DNA of 64,000 nucleotides from Escherichia coli (GTDB lineage Bacteria; Pseudomonadota; Gammaproteobacteria; Enterobacterales; Enterobacteriaceae): NCBI RefSeq assembly GCF_044324875.1, contig NZ_CP172185.1; one strand, 5' to 3'. Shown piece by piece: positions 38,700 to 48,547 of this stretch (position 1 is its first letter; each line of letters starts with the position of its first letter). The notes under the pieces were generated by a model. It saw only the letters and a program-made list of their open reading frames with translations, ran no database searches and was not told where the DNA came from. The position numbers and the translations under genes were made by a program.

Positions 38700-38927
38700 T
38701 CACATATTGGTCGCTGCCCGTTGCTGTACGCCGGCGGCGAAAATGATCTCCAGAGCATTCTGATCGATAACACGGGCCAGATTCGCGTTCAGATTTTCAG
38801 TTTCATTTTCGGTCAGCAGGAAACTGACGGCAAGCCACGTCACCTGCTCCTGAATCATGGCAGGAATTTTGATGCGCTCCTCTTCAGCCAGAGTACCGGC
38901 AATTTTTCCTGATACCACTGCAATCAT
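38700..38927 (-). CDS. hypothetical small protein (75 aa)
   Basis: ORF whose ATG overlaps the stop of the upstream 76-aa ORF (ATGA at 38924-38927). No family recognised. Confidence 0.45.
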   Translation of the reverse strand: MIAVVSGKIAGTLAEEERIKIPAMIQEQVTWLAVSFLLTENETENLNANLARVIDQNALEIIFAAGVQQRAATNM

Positions 38928-39154
38928 TCCTCCCGGAACGCCGCCCGCCAGCGAATATGAAATAACCGGGGTATGCGTTCAGTGATACAGCCAGCCAGTA
39001 AAGCCGGACCGGACAGACACAGCAATATGAGTCCTGCCAGCACAGACGCTGTGCTGGTTAATGCTCTGAACAAAAAGCGAAGAATGGCAAATCCTGCGAT
39101 AAGCAGGATCAGCACGCCGACTATCTGTAACATAGTCCCCCTGATAAATATCAT
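38924..39154 (-). CDS. hypothetical small membrane protein (76 aa, two predicted TM helices)
   Basis: Hydrophobic segments LQIVGVLILLIAGFAILRFLF and VLAGLILLCLSGPALLAGCI. About 100 nt downstream of the flu stop. Confidence 0.45.
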   Translation of the reverse strand: MIFIRGTMLQIVGVLILLIAGFAILRFLFRALTSTASVLAGLILLCLSGPALLAGCITERIPRLFHIRWRAAFREE

Positions 39155-39253
39155 GTTATTGTTAATGCCAGCGAATGTGGCGTTGAATATCCGTTGCGCC
39201 GGTCCGGGTCCCGATCATGATGACCGGGACCACAAAGAGGCAATGCAGAATTG

Positions 39254-42200
39254 TCAGAAAGTCACATTCAGCGTGGCCTGACCGTTATAACCTTCAGCGC
39301 TGCTGCCGCTGACGCTGCGGGCATAACCGGCCTGAACACCCAGGGTGATATTTTCCCGGACACGGGCTTCCAGTCCGGCCTGCAGGTCCAGTGATGTGCC
39401 ATTCTGTGACGGTGAGAACATCATGTTACTGCCGGCTGCGGCTGTACCCATGCTCATGTCTCCCCGGGAGCTGAAGGTGCGGATAACAGAAGGCTGTACC
39501 CACCCGTTCACCGGCAGTTCACTCACACTGTGTCTGGCACTGCCGCGCAGGGTGTCACGGGATGAGCTGCCTTCACCAAAGCTCATATCGTTGTGGCTGC
39601 CCAGACGGAAACCGGCACGCACATGTTGTGCACTGCCATGCCCGAACTTCACATAACCGGCGTTATCCTGGCCGTCATCCAGGGAGAGTCCCTGCCAGGT
39701 GTACTGCAGTTGTGGCTCCAGCATCAGATGGTCAGTGATACTGAAGGGCAGACCGGTTTCCAGTGAGCCCAGCCAGCCCCGGCCCCGGGCGCGGAAGTCG
39801 TTACTGTCCGATGACGCTTTCATGCTGTGGCGGGTTTCCTGTGCCACAAGGTCAGCCCACAGGCCGGAGGACGTGTGTACCAGATTCAGGTATCCGCCCA
39901 GGCTGCCGGCATCATCCCGGACCGTGCCGGCGCGGGAGCCGTTATCATCCCTGACATCAACGGCAGAATGACCCGCAGCACCATATACCCCTGCGGTCAC
40001 AGACATACCGGCAACCTCTGTTCTCAGCAGGTCCCCCTCCAGACGGACGAAGCCATAGCTGCCGCTGCTTTCCGGCGTGGCCCCACGGACAATACCGCCG
40101 TTGTTACCGTGACCGAGATGACCGCCCTGAATGCTGAGGCGGACGCTGTTATTTTCACCGTTCACATCGCTCTGATGGCTGCGGGAGCCTGCCAGAATCC
40201 GGTCGTAGTCCATCCCCTGCGTCAGCATGGAGGCGTACAGGGGGACTTCCGCGCGATAACGCGTTTCACTGCGCAGATACCAGCTCTGGTCACCGTCACG
40301 GGTCAGGCTGTAGTCATACACCCCGGCCTGCAGCGGGTTGCCCTGAACAAAAGCGCCTTCCTCCGTGGTGGCACCATTAATGGCCTCCACCACCTGAATG
40401 CCCTTACCGGTGGTCGCCAGCCCCGACGCACTGTTGCCGGCGTTCACCAGGTTCAGGGTGGTTTTCCCGGTGGCACTGCCACCGTCAATCACCAGCCTGT
40501 CGGCATTGTGCTGTGCCAGGTCAGGGCGGACACGCAGGGTGATGCTGCCGTTCTGTCCCCGGAGATTTTTCACCGTCAGGGTGGCCGGCGTGAAGGCTCC
40601 GCTGCGGGTGCTGACGAAGTTAATCTTCCCGGCATGACGGAGTTCATCCACCACCGATTTCACCGTGGCGTTGTCCGGAATGTTCCAGGTGGCACCGGAG
40701 GTGAGGGTGACATCCGTGGGGTCAATGGCACCGGTCAGCACGGTGCTGCCGGTCAGGCTCAGGGTGGTACCGCGCCGGGCAATGATATCCGTGGTGACGG
40801 TACTGTCGGCCAGCGTCAGTGCGCCTTCGTTAAGGCTGACGGCGTTCCGGGTGAGAGTGGTGTTGCTGACAGTGAGTGTGCCGCTTCCTGATTTTTCCAC
40901 CCTGCCGTTACCGGTGAGTACGCCCCCCTGCAGAAGCGCATCGCCTTCACGGGTGACCAGGGTGCCGTCATTCACCGTCTTCCCGGAGAGGGTCAGCGTG
41001 GCACCGTTATTCAGCGTGGTGGTGCCGGTCAGGGTTCCGCCCTGCGCGGTGAGCTGCCCGCCGTTCACGGTGGTGTCACGGGCGCTGTCGCCGGCCTTCA
41101 GGGTAAAGGCGCTTCCCTTGCCCAGCGCGAGTCCTGAGGCGTGTCCGCTGCCGATACTGAAGGCACCTCCACCGTCATACTGACCGCTGACAGTGGCACC
41201 GGAATCGGCCAGCAGCATACCGCCTCTGCCCATGGATACCGTGGTGGCTGTACCACCGGTCAGGACTGCCAGCGTGCCCCCGTCATCCACCCGGGTGTCA
41301 GTGGCCGTGTGACCGTTCAGTACATCAAGACGACCGCCTGACTCCAGCAGCACGCCGTCAGCCTTTCCGTCTGCCACGGAAAAGTGGCCCGCACGGTTTG
41401 TGCCGGAGACGGTGGCTGCCGTACCGGTAACCAGCGCACCGCCCGTATTCTGGGTGACGGCGGTGGCCTTACCACCGGCATTCACCTGCAGCTTTCCTTT
41501 CTAATTGATGGTGGTATTCTCAGCCACCGCTCCCGTCTTCACCACCTGCCAGCCACCGTCGTTAATCACCGTGTTCTGTGCCACACCGCCCTGATGAACA
41601 TACTGGTTGCCGCCGTTAAGGGTGGTGGACAGAGCGTGACCATGTACCGACTGGTCGCCACCGGCCTGTATGGTGGTTTCTCCTGCCATACCTTCGCCCG
41701 CAATGACCTGCCGCCCGTTTCTGTTCACGGTGGTGGAGAGTGCCATCCCTGCCACGAGCTGACCGGTGGCATCGTTATCAGAGTCCGGCCCGCCTTCAGC
41801 GCCGGTATTCACAACGGTGTCGGTTGCCACTGCGCCGGGTTTAACGGTCTGATAACCGTCGCGGTTAATGACAGTACCGACAGCCCTGCCTCCCTGATGT
41901 ACCCACTGCTCACCACCGTTCAGGGTGGTGTTCACCGACTGCCCCCGGAGGCTCTGCCCCCCGCCGGCATGGATAACGGTGTCAGTGGCTGTACCGCCCG
42001 TCATCACAACCTGACGACCATTTGCGGTGACCGTGGTGTTGCTGGCTGTCCCGCCATTATCTATCCACTGCCCACCGTTGTTTTCCTCACTGTCCGGCCC
42101 CAGCTCCAGCCCGGTACTAATGGTCATGCCACTGGCCGTACCGAAGACAATCTGGTTGTCGTGATTTGTCAGCGTACCGCCATTCACTGTATCTCCTGCC

Positions 42201-42373
42201 TGTACAGCGCTGTCAGCAGCCGGCGCGGGCGCTGACATGACTGCAGCAAGGGACAGTGCGGCAGCCACGCCCGCACGCTTCCCCCGCGTGCGGGCCAGTT
42301 CAGAGGCCACCGCGAAGGTGCCCGTGACGTGATTCCATACCAGCCGGTAACTGGTGTTCAGATGTCGCTTCAT
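39254..42373 (-). pseudogene. flu: antigen 43 (Flu) self-associating autotransporter, interrupted by an in-frame TAG and cut off from its promoter by an IS
   Basis: ORFs 41501..42373 (290 aa; extended signal peptide MKRHLNTSYRLVWNHVTGTFAVASELAR) and 39254..41485 (743 aa; ends ...ATLNVTF) are in the same frame. Together they span 1039 codons with one TAG at 41503-41501. Confidence 0.9.
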
Positions 42374-42412
42374 TAGTAAGCGTACAGCGAGAGCCGTATT
42401 GACGGGGATGTG

Positions 42413-43951
42413 TTATTCAGCTGGCAGTGCTATGCGCCACGGAAGCAGTTCGCTGACCCGGTTGACCGGCCAGTCTGCTATGACGCCAAGCACATGGCGA
42501 AGGTAGCTTTCTGGATCCACGTCATTCAGTTTGCACGTCCCTATCAGGCTGTACAGTAGCGCTCCCCGCTCACCACCATGGCCAGAGCCGAAGAACAGGA
42601 AGTTTTTACGACCCAGACTTACCGCCCGCAGGGCATTTTCAGCGATGTTGTTGTCGATTTCCACCCAGCCATCGTTCGCATAGTACGTCAGTGCCGGCCA
42701 CTGGTTAAGTGCGTACGCGAACGCCTTCGCCAACTCTGAGTGTCGCGACAGGGTCTTCATCTTTTCACGCAACCAGCTTTCCAGGGATTTCAACAGCGGT
42801 TTCGTTTTTCGCTGACGTTCAGCAAGCCGCTGCTCTGCCGGCATTCCCCTTATATCCGCCTCTATGGCGTACAACTGACCGATCTGCTCCAGGGCTTCTT
42901 CCGTCAGTGCTGACGGGATGCGGACGTGCACATCGTGGATCTTTCGGCGGGCATGAGCCCAGCAGGCAGCTTCCGTTATCCCACCATTGCGATACAGCTC
43001 GTTGAACCCGGCGTACGCATCCGCTTGCAGCACACCGCTGAAGCAAGCAAGATGAGTCTGCGGATGGATGCCTTTTCTGTCCGGGCTGTAAGCGAACCAC
43101 ACTGCAGGTGCCAACGCTGACCCGGCATTGCGGTCATCACGAACATACGCCCACAACCGCCCGGTCTTCGTCTTCTTATTACCCGGCATCAGTACCTGGA
43201 CCGGGGTATCATCGGCATGGAGTTTGCCGTCAGTCATGACATAGCCATGAAGCGCCTCTTCCAGCGGAGACAGCAGCCGGCAGCATGCATCCACCCAGCC
43301 CGACAGCAGTGAACGGCTCAGCTCCACACCTTGCCGGCCGTATATTTCTGACTGGCGATACAGCGGGGTGTGCTCTGCATACTTCGAGGTCAGCACGCGG
43401 GCCAGCAGCCCCGGTCCGGCGATACCCCGCTCGATGGGCCGCGAAGGTGCAGGTGCCTGCACGATGGCATCGCACTGAGTACAGGCATGTTTTTCCCGTA
43501 CCGTCCGGATAACCCGGAAGGCGCTACGCATCAACTCCAGCTGTTCGGCGGTATCCTCGCCCAGATAGCTCAGTGAACCGCCGCAGTTCGGGCAGCACGG
43601 CGCCGCAGGCAACAGTCGCTTTTCGTCACGGGGTAGTGATTCAGGGAACGGCTTACGGATGCGGGTCTGACGCAACGGACGCTGTACTGCCGGGTCATAC
43701 ACCCTACCAGTCAGCGTATCGCTCTCTTTCTGAAGCCGGTTCAGATCGGCTTCCATTTGTGCGATACGGCGGGAGACTTTTTCGGAACGACTGCCGAAGT
43801 TCATCCGGCGGAGTTTATCCAGCTGCGCCTGCAGATGGTCTATTTCGCGCTCCCGGTTGCTCAGCTTTTCCTGCAGGGCGTGGATCAGCGCTTCCTGTTC
43901 GGCCAGGCGCTGTTTCAGCAGGAAGATGTCGTCAGAAGAGATGTCGTTCAT
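42413..43951 (-). CDS. tnpC: IS66-family transposase TnpC
   Basis: 512 aa with an N-terminal coiled coil/leucine zipper, a CxxC zinc motif (CPNCGG...CTQC) and a DDE region. Confidence 0.92.
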   Translation of the reverse strand: MNDISSDDIFLLKQRLAEQEALIHALQEKLSNREREIDHLQAQLDKLRRMNFGSRSEKVSRRIAQMEADLNRLQKESDTLTGRVYDPAVQRPLRQTRIRKPFPESLPRDEKRLLPAAPCCPNCGGSLSYLGEDTAEQLELMRSAFRVIRTVREKHACTQCDAIVQAPAPSRPIERGIAGPGLLARVLTSKYAEHTPLYRQSEIYGRQGVELSRSLLSGWVDACCRLLSPLEEALHGYVMTDGKLHADDTPVQVLMPGNKKTKTGRLWAYVRDDRNAGSALAPAVWFAYSPDRKGIHPQTHLACFSGVLQADAYAGFNELYRNGGITEAACWAHARRKIHDVHVRIPSALTEEALEQIGQLYAIEADIRGMPAEQRLAERQRKTKPLLKSLESWLREKMKTLSRHSELAKAFAYALNQWPALTYYANDGWVEIDNNIAENALRAVSLGRKNFLFFGSGHGGERGALLYSLIGTCKLNDVDPESYLRHVLGVIADWPVNRVSELLPWRIALPAE

Positions 43952-44000
43952 AAGCCCGTATTTTACCGGGCTTATTCTGTGACAACCAGGATAAAGAGAT

Positions 44001-44348
44001 TTACAGCATGGTCAGGGAGGTCAGCAGCCGCTTAGGCTGTCGCCAGTCGATACCTTCCAGCAGCATCGCCAGCTGCGCCTGTGTAAGGAACACTTTGCCA
44101 TCACGGGCTGACGGCCAGGCGAAGCGCCCACGCTCCAGCCGTTTGGTCAGGAGGCACAGTCCGTCACCGGTGGACCACAGCAGTTTAACCTGACTGCCGC
44201 TGCGGCCCCGGAAAATGAAAACATGGCCGGACATGGGATCGTCTTTCAGCGCCGTCTGTACTTTCGCAGCCAGGCCGTTGAAGCCATTTCTCATATCGGT
44301 GATACCGGCAACCAGCCAAATTTTGGTCCCGGAAGGTAAAGGGATCAT
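44001..44348 (-). CDS. tnpB: IS66 Orf2 (TnpB)
   Basis: 115 aa, [30 protein letters not shown].... ATGA overlap with tnpA. Confidence 0.92.
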   Translation of the reverse strand: MIPLPSGTKIWLVAGITDMRNGFNGLAAKVQTALKDDPMSGHVFIFRGRSGSQVKLLWSTGDGLCLLTKRLERGRFAWPSARDGKVFLTQAQLAMLLEGIDWRQPKRLLTSLTML

Positions 44349-44746
44349 CGCTTCAGTTCCTGTATCAGCAGAGTCAGGAGCTTTTCGCTGACATTGCCAT
44401 TGAAGCGGAGCGTCCCGTGCCGGAACGTTACCTCACAGCTGATACTGAGGGTTTCCGGGTCCTCTGCGAGCGATTCTGGCTGTTCGGCAGCTGCATCGAG
44501 AGTCACAGGAAGTAGCTGGGGGCTCTCTGAAGAAGGTAATAGCAGCTTTCCCTCGCGCCATTGTTGTCGCCATTTGAACAACAGATTGGCGTTAATGCCA
44601 TTTTCAAGAGCAAGTTTTGAGATGGATATCCCGGGTTCACAGGAGGCAGCAACGAGCTGCTGTTTAAATTCGGGAGGATAATTAGGGCAGCCTTTTCGCC
44701 TGCCGGGAGTCACATTTTTCTGCATATCTGACACTTTGGTTCCCAC
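44345..44746 (-). CDS. tnpA: IS66 Orf1 (TnpA, HTH protein)
   Basis: 133 aa from GTG 44746. An alternative start is ATG 44725 (MQKNVTPGRRKG...). Confidence 0.85.
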   Translation of the reverse strand: MGTKVSDMQKNVTPGRRKGCPNYPPEFKQQLVAASCEPGISISKLALENGINANLLFKWRQQWREGKLLLPSSESPQLLPVTLDAAAEQPESLAEDPETLSISCEVTFRHGTLRFNGNVSEKLLTLLIQELKR

Positions 44747-44847
44747 TACTTATTTGGTGGACACCACTTTGTCTAATTCGTCAGATTCTGACCAGACGGT
44801 TCAGGCTGTACGCTTACCTTCATTACATTCTCCCTAATCAATGATGT

Positions 44848-44885
44848 AAATAAAAAGCCGGTACCCACAGTGTGTGGATACCGGC
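44848..44885 (-). terminator. terminator-like hairpin in the flu (agn43) leader
   Basis: GCCGGTA(C)CCACA-gtg-TGTGG(A)TACCGGC, followed on the - strand by TTTTTATTT. It lies about 25 nt upstream of the original flu ATG copy at 44823. Confidence 0.6.
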
Positions 44886-44999
44886 ATGTGTGTTATTCCG
44901 CGCCCCTGTGAGGCGCTAACGCTGTGGTGGTGTTTTTCTGCCCTGAATTTCATGGACGGCCGTGTCTTTCTGCAGGTTATTACAAGGGTGATTATTGCT

Positions 45000-45045
45000 T
45001 TGTCGATCGATATAAACGATCGATAAAATAGCTACGATCGATATA
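45000..45045 (-). promoter_or_regulatory. agn43 phase-variation switch: three Dam GATC sites in the OxyR operator
   Basis: GTCGATCGATATAAACGATCGATAAAATAGCTACGATCGATA with GATC at 45005, 45018 and 45036. The position (yeeP-flu intergenic) and pattern match the known Dam/OxyR switch. Confidence 0.8.
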
Positions 45046-45160
45046 TTCTATTAACCAGAAAGGTAGTGTGCAAGAGAATGAGTTGCATACATGACTGTTT
45101 GCACCATGTTTTCATGGGGTTACAAAAATGTAACAGCAGACAGGAACATCACCGCAGGTT

Positions 45161-46033
45161 TCAGAAGAAAATCCAGTTCCATACCGCGCGGGCAACAGAG
45201 ACCACGGTGTCACGAACAGCACGCAGAACCGCGCGTGCAACAGTGGCAACACAGACGCTCTCCGCTGTATCAAATATCCGGTCCACCGCACCGGTAAACT
45301 GTTCACGGGCCTGAGAGCGGACAGACTCCGTACGCAGTTCTTCCTGCAGGCGGGTCATCAGGGGACTGGCGGCATGGCCGGGAAGCGCTGTCATGAGCGC
45401 ACTGACCAGCGTATCCAGTTCCCAGCCGGTGCGGGCCGATACGGCAACAACCGGATGTACGGGCCGGAACAGACGGAATACCGCCTCCGTTTTCTCGCGA
45501 ATATTCCGTGCCTGTGCGGGAGAAGGCTGAATGCCGGCCACATCCCATTCGTGGCAGGGCTCCGTTTTGTCGGCCTGCGTCACCACAAACAGCACCTGCT
45601 GATGTCCGCGTTGCAGGATGTGTCGCCAGAAATACTCATCCACAGACAGGGCACGGTCATCGGCTTTAATCAGCCACAGCACCAGGTCCAGTTCTGGCAG
45701 AATGTCACGGTACAGGGCTTCATACTCTGCATCCCTGTCACGGCTCTCGCCCACCCCGGGCAGGTCTGTGATAACCATGCTGCAACCGTGGCCGCTCAGA
45801 CGGAAGCGCCGTACTTCCCGGGTGCCGGCGTGAACATCGCTGACCGGGGTGACTTCTCCCTGAAACAGTGCATTACAGAGTGAGGATTTACCGGCCCCGC
45901 TTTTACCCATAATGCCAATCACGGGTTCGTGACTGGTGAGTTTGCGCAGATGTTCGAGAATATGGCGGGAAAGTGAGTAAGGCAGGGAGGATAGGGGTTT
46001 TTCAATTGCCTCAATGGCATCAGACGGATTCAT
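45161..46033 (-). CDS. yeeP: YeeP/YkfA/YfjP-family GTPase
   Basis: Track ORF to 46072 trimmed to ATG 46033. 290 aa. P-loop GKSGAGKSS, then DLPG and TQADK GTPase motifs. Confidence 0.85.
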   Translation of the reverse strand: MNPSDAIEAIEKPLSSLPYSLSRHILEHLRKLTSHEPVIGIMGKSGAGKSSLCNALFQGEVTPVSDVHAGTREVRRFRLSGHGCSMVITDLPGVGESRDRDAEYEALYRDILPELDLVLWLIKADDRALSVDEYFWRHILQRGHQQVLFVVTQADKTEPCHEWDVAGIQPSPAQARNIREKTEAVFRLFRPVHPVVAVSARTGWELDTLVSALMTALPGHAASPLMTRLQEELRTESVRSQAREQFTGAVDRIFDTAESVCVATVARAVLRAVRDTVVSVARAVWNWIFF

Positions 46034-46392
46034 ATATGTGTTCCCGGTGAAAAAAGACAAAACCCCGCGCACCGGAAAGGTGGCGGGGGTTCCACGGAGA
46101 TGATATCTGTCTGAAATTATTTAGAATATCACTGTATTCCGGCGTGACAGAGTCTGATGACGGACTTATTCCGTTCCGGTCACCGGCAGGCACATCGGTA
46201 ATACGCTGTTTTATTAAAGATACTGTGATTAGAGATATGTAAATAACCGCTCAGAATGTTCTGTTATGTCACTCACCATGAACAGCACACCGTAACGGTG
46301 AAAGAAGAACAAGATAATCAACTTCCCCGTGATTGCCATCAGAAATTATTTTATCCTTGACAATATTATATGTTTTATTTCGGTAAACAATA

Positions 46393-46899
46393 ATGGAGTG
46401 CATCGTGAAAAAAATGACTGCCCCGGAGCAGGAGGAAATACTGATGAAGCCCATGGTGATTGCGCTCAACGCAGCCATTCGGGCCGGGAGAATCAACCTT
46501 AACGGCAAATCAGAAGATACGGACAGTAAAGGATTCATGCGTACGGATATTGACGGAATGCCCACTGTCATTAACTGGACCGATAACGGGTATGATGAAC
46601 TGCGTGTATCAGTATGGGTTGATTACCGGCCGGATGAGGTCGCCAGATTCAGATCGCGTTATAAACCTGATCTCAGTCCTGAAACAGCCCTGCCCCGTGA
46701 AGACAGACTGTTATTCAGACATTTTGTGATGATTTGCTGCAGTTGTTATCTGGAGAGAAAAACAGGTAAGTTCATCATTGGCACTGAAGGAAACCGGCTG
46801 TTTGGTAAATATATTCGTGATGACGCTCCGGAGAGAATTTCAGATATTGAAGACGAAGAGCCGGAAGGATATGACCTTTTCGGGAAAGTCGAAGAATGA
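46393..46899 (+). CDS. hypothetical protein (168 aa; no family recognised)
   Basis: Isolated + strand ORF with an acidic C-terminus (DIEDEEPEGYDLFGKVEE). Alternative starts at GTG 46405 and ATG 46414. Confidence 0.5.
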   Translation: MECIVKKMTAPEQEEILMKPMVIALNAAIRAGRINLNGKSEDTDSKGFMRTDIDGMPTVINWTDNGYDELRVSVWVDYRPDEVARFRSRYKPDLSPETALPREDRLLFRHFVMICCSCYLERKTGKFIIGTEGNRLFGKYIRDDAPERISDIEDEEPEGYDLFGKVEE

Positions 46900-46920
46900 A
46901 CGGTAAGCAGGCTCAGTCTG

Positions 46921-47150
46921 ATGAAATGGTCAGGACCCACAGGAAAGAAGAACACGTCTCATCTCACCACAGGTCGTCTGACCTGCACGCATGACAAAAC
47001 GTCATGCGTAAGCCGATGAGTGAAACCGCTGTCAACAGAATTATAAAGCGAACCGTCCAGGATGACCGTGCAACAGACCATGGATTCCATCGCACTGCAC
47101 TTTATCCCCGCCCTTCTGGTGAGCACTACGCCACCGGAAGGATGACGCAC
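46921..47150 (+). pseudogene. remnant of a P4-type tyrosine integrase (C-terminal part, frame-broken)
   Basis: The fragments RKPMSETAVNRIIKR... and ...TDHGFHRTAL resemble the conserved PMSxxTxNxALxR and HGFR segments of P4-family integrases. An upstream piece KWSGPTGKKNTSHL lies in another frame. No N-terminal two-thirds is present. Confidence 0.5.
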
Positions 47151-47431
47151 CGAACAGGAAGAATAATTATTCTTTTATTTAAAGAATTTTATATAAAACA
47201 GAAACCTCCATACTAAATCAATAAACTGAGACCTTCACAGCATCACCCACCACCCACAGTGATATATAACAAAAAAGATACAATCACAGGCAAATACCAC
47301 GCTGAAAAACATTCAGCACAATTCAATTACGCCAGTGAGTAATCCGGTAACAGTATTACATACCTTCCTGCCAGAATCTCCACTCACATAAATTGTCAAA
47401 TAATTGCAAAAATTTACAATTAAAACGTATT

Positions 47432-47450
47432 GAAAATAATTTCTATTACC
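47432..47450 (+). promoter_or_regulatory. candidate Fur box upstream of the iron transporter
   Basis: GAAAATAATTTCTATTACC matches 12/19 of GATAATGATAATCATTATC. A second A/T hexamer-rich stretch lies at 47390-47425. Confidence 0.3.
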
Positions 47451-47497
47451 ATTTAATAAAGTACTCCCTGATTACCTGATTAAGTGAGTCATCAAAC

Positions 47498-48547
47498 ATG
47501 AAACTTTTCAGTTCAAAACAGCGGACAAAAATTTATTTCAAACGGACTGTAATACCAGCAACTTTTCTTTTCGCATCATTTCCCGCTTTTTCACAGGATA
47601 TTGTCACCCTTTATACAACCAGAGAGCCCGGCCTGATTAAGCCACTTCTGGACAGCTGGACAAAAAGCAGCGGTATAAATGTTAATACGGTTTATATCAA
47701 GGACGGTATGCTGGAGCGGATTAAAGCTGAAGGAAAAAATTCTCCAGCCGATCTACTGATGACCGTCGATGCCGGAAATCTCATTGATTTAGTCGAAGCG
47801 GGAGTCACTCAGCCTGTTGAATCTGAAATACTGAAAACGGCCATTCCGGCAAATCTTCGTGGAGAAAATAACCACTGGTTTGCTTTATCCATGCGGGCCC
47901 GGGTACTGTATGCAGAAAAAAACTTCCCCATTGACAGCCTGCATTATGAACAACTCGCCAGCCCTGAATACAAAGGCAGGGTCTGCATGCGTTCAGGGCA
48001 GCACCCTTATAATACAGCATTGATTGCTGCCATGATCGCCCACCACGGAGAAGAAAAAGCAGAGGAGTGGTTACACGGTCTTAAAACCAACCTGTCACGA
48101 AAAGCAACGGGGGGCGATCGCGACATAGCCCGCGATATTTTAGGAGGGATATGTGACATCGGACTTGCGAATTCTTATTACGTCGGTCATATGAAAAATG
48201 CCAAAGAAGGGACAGATGCACGCAAATGGGGAGATGCAATTAAAGTAATCAAACCAGCCTTCGTGCAGGGAGGGACCCATGTCAACATAACCGGCGCAGC
48301 CGTTGCTCGTTATGCACCGAACAAAGAAAATGCAATAAAACTGATGGAGTATCTCATATCTGTTCCGGCGCAGCAGCAATATGCCAAAGCTAACTTTGAG
48401 TACCCGGTACTCAAAGGCGTTGATCTTGACCCTGTCATCAGAACCACTATTGGTGAAATAGATGTCGATAAAATTCCGTTAACTGACATCGTAAAGAACC
48501 GCAAACAGGCAAGCTTACTGGTAGATAAAGTTGGGTTCGATCAATAA
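47498..48547 (+). CDS. Fe(3+) ABC transporter periplasmic binding protein (FbpA/AfuA family)
   Basis: 349 aa with a signal peptide. The family resemblance extends over the whole length (...LYTTREPGLIKPLLDSW..., ...GLANSYYVGHM...). Confidence 0.85.
   Translation: MKLFSSKQRTKIYFKRTVIPATFLFASFPAFSQDIVTLYTTREPGLIKPLLDSWTKSSGINVNTVYIKDGMLERIKAEGKNSPADLLMTVDAGNLIDLVEAGVTQPVESEILKTAIPANLRGENNHWFALSMRARVLYAEKNFPIDSLHYEQLASPEYKGRVCMRSGQHPYNTALIAAMIAHHGEEKAEEWLHGLKTNLSRKATGGDRDIARDILGGICDIGLANSYYVGHMKNAKEGTDARKWGDAIKVIKPAFVQGGTHVNITGAAVARYAPNKENAIKLMEYLISVPAQQQYAKANFEYPVLKGVDLDPVIRTTIGEIDVDKIPLTDIVKNRKQASLLVDKVGFDQ

Larger units (their letters stand above)
42376..44817 (-). mobile_element. IS66-family insertion sequence (ISEc8-like, 2442 bp)
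   Basis: Terminal IRs GTAAGCGTACAGC... at both ends. 8-bp direct repeat CTTCATTA at 42368-42375 and 44818-44825. Three-ORF tnpA/tnpB/tnpC organisation. Confidence 0.92.

Noticed and set aside
39827-42235. Long + strand ORFs (39827..40891, 354 aa; 41384..42235, 283 aa; and several of 60-170 aa) antisense to flu
   Set aside because: They lie entirely inside the GC-rich, repeat-rich Ag43 passenger and barrel coding sequence. Their translations are low-complexity (Gly/Arg/Pro/Ala runs) with no start context. This is a typical antisense artefact of high-GC repeats.
46987-47009. 9-bp stem hairpin ACGCATGAC-aaaac-GTCATGCGT
   Set aside because: It lies inside the decayed integrase fragment, has no U-tract, and has no adjacent gene end. 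It is probably fortuitous.
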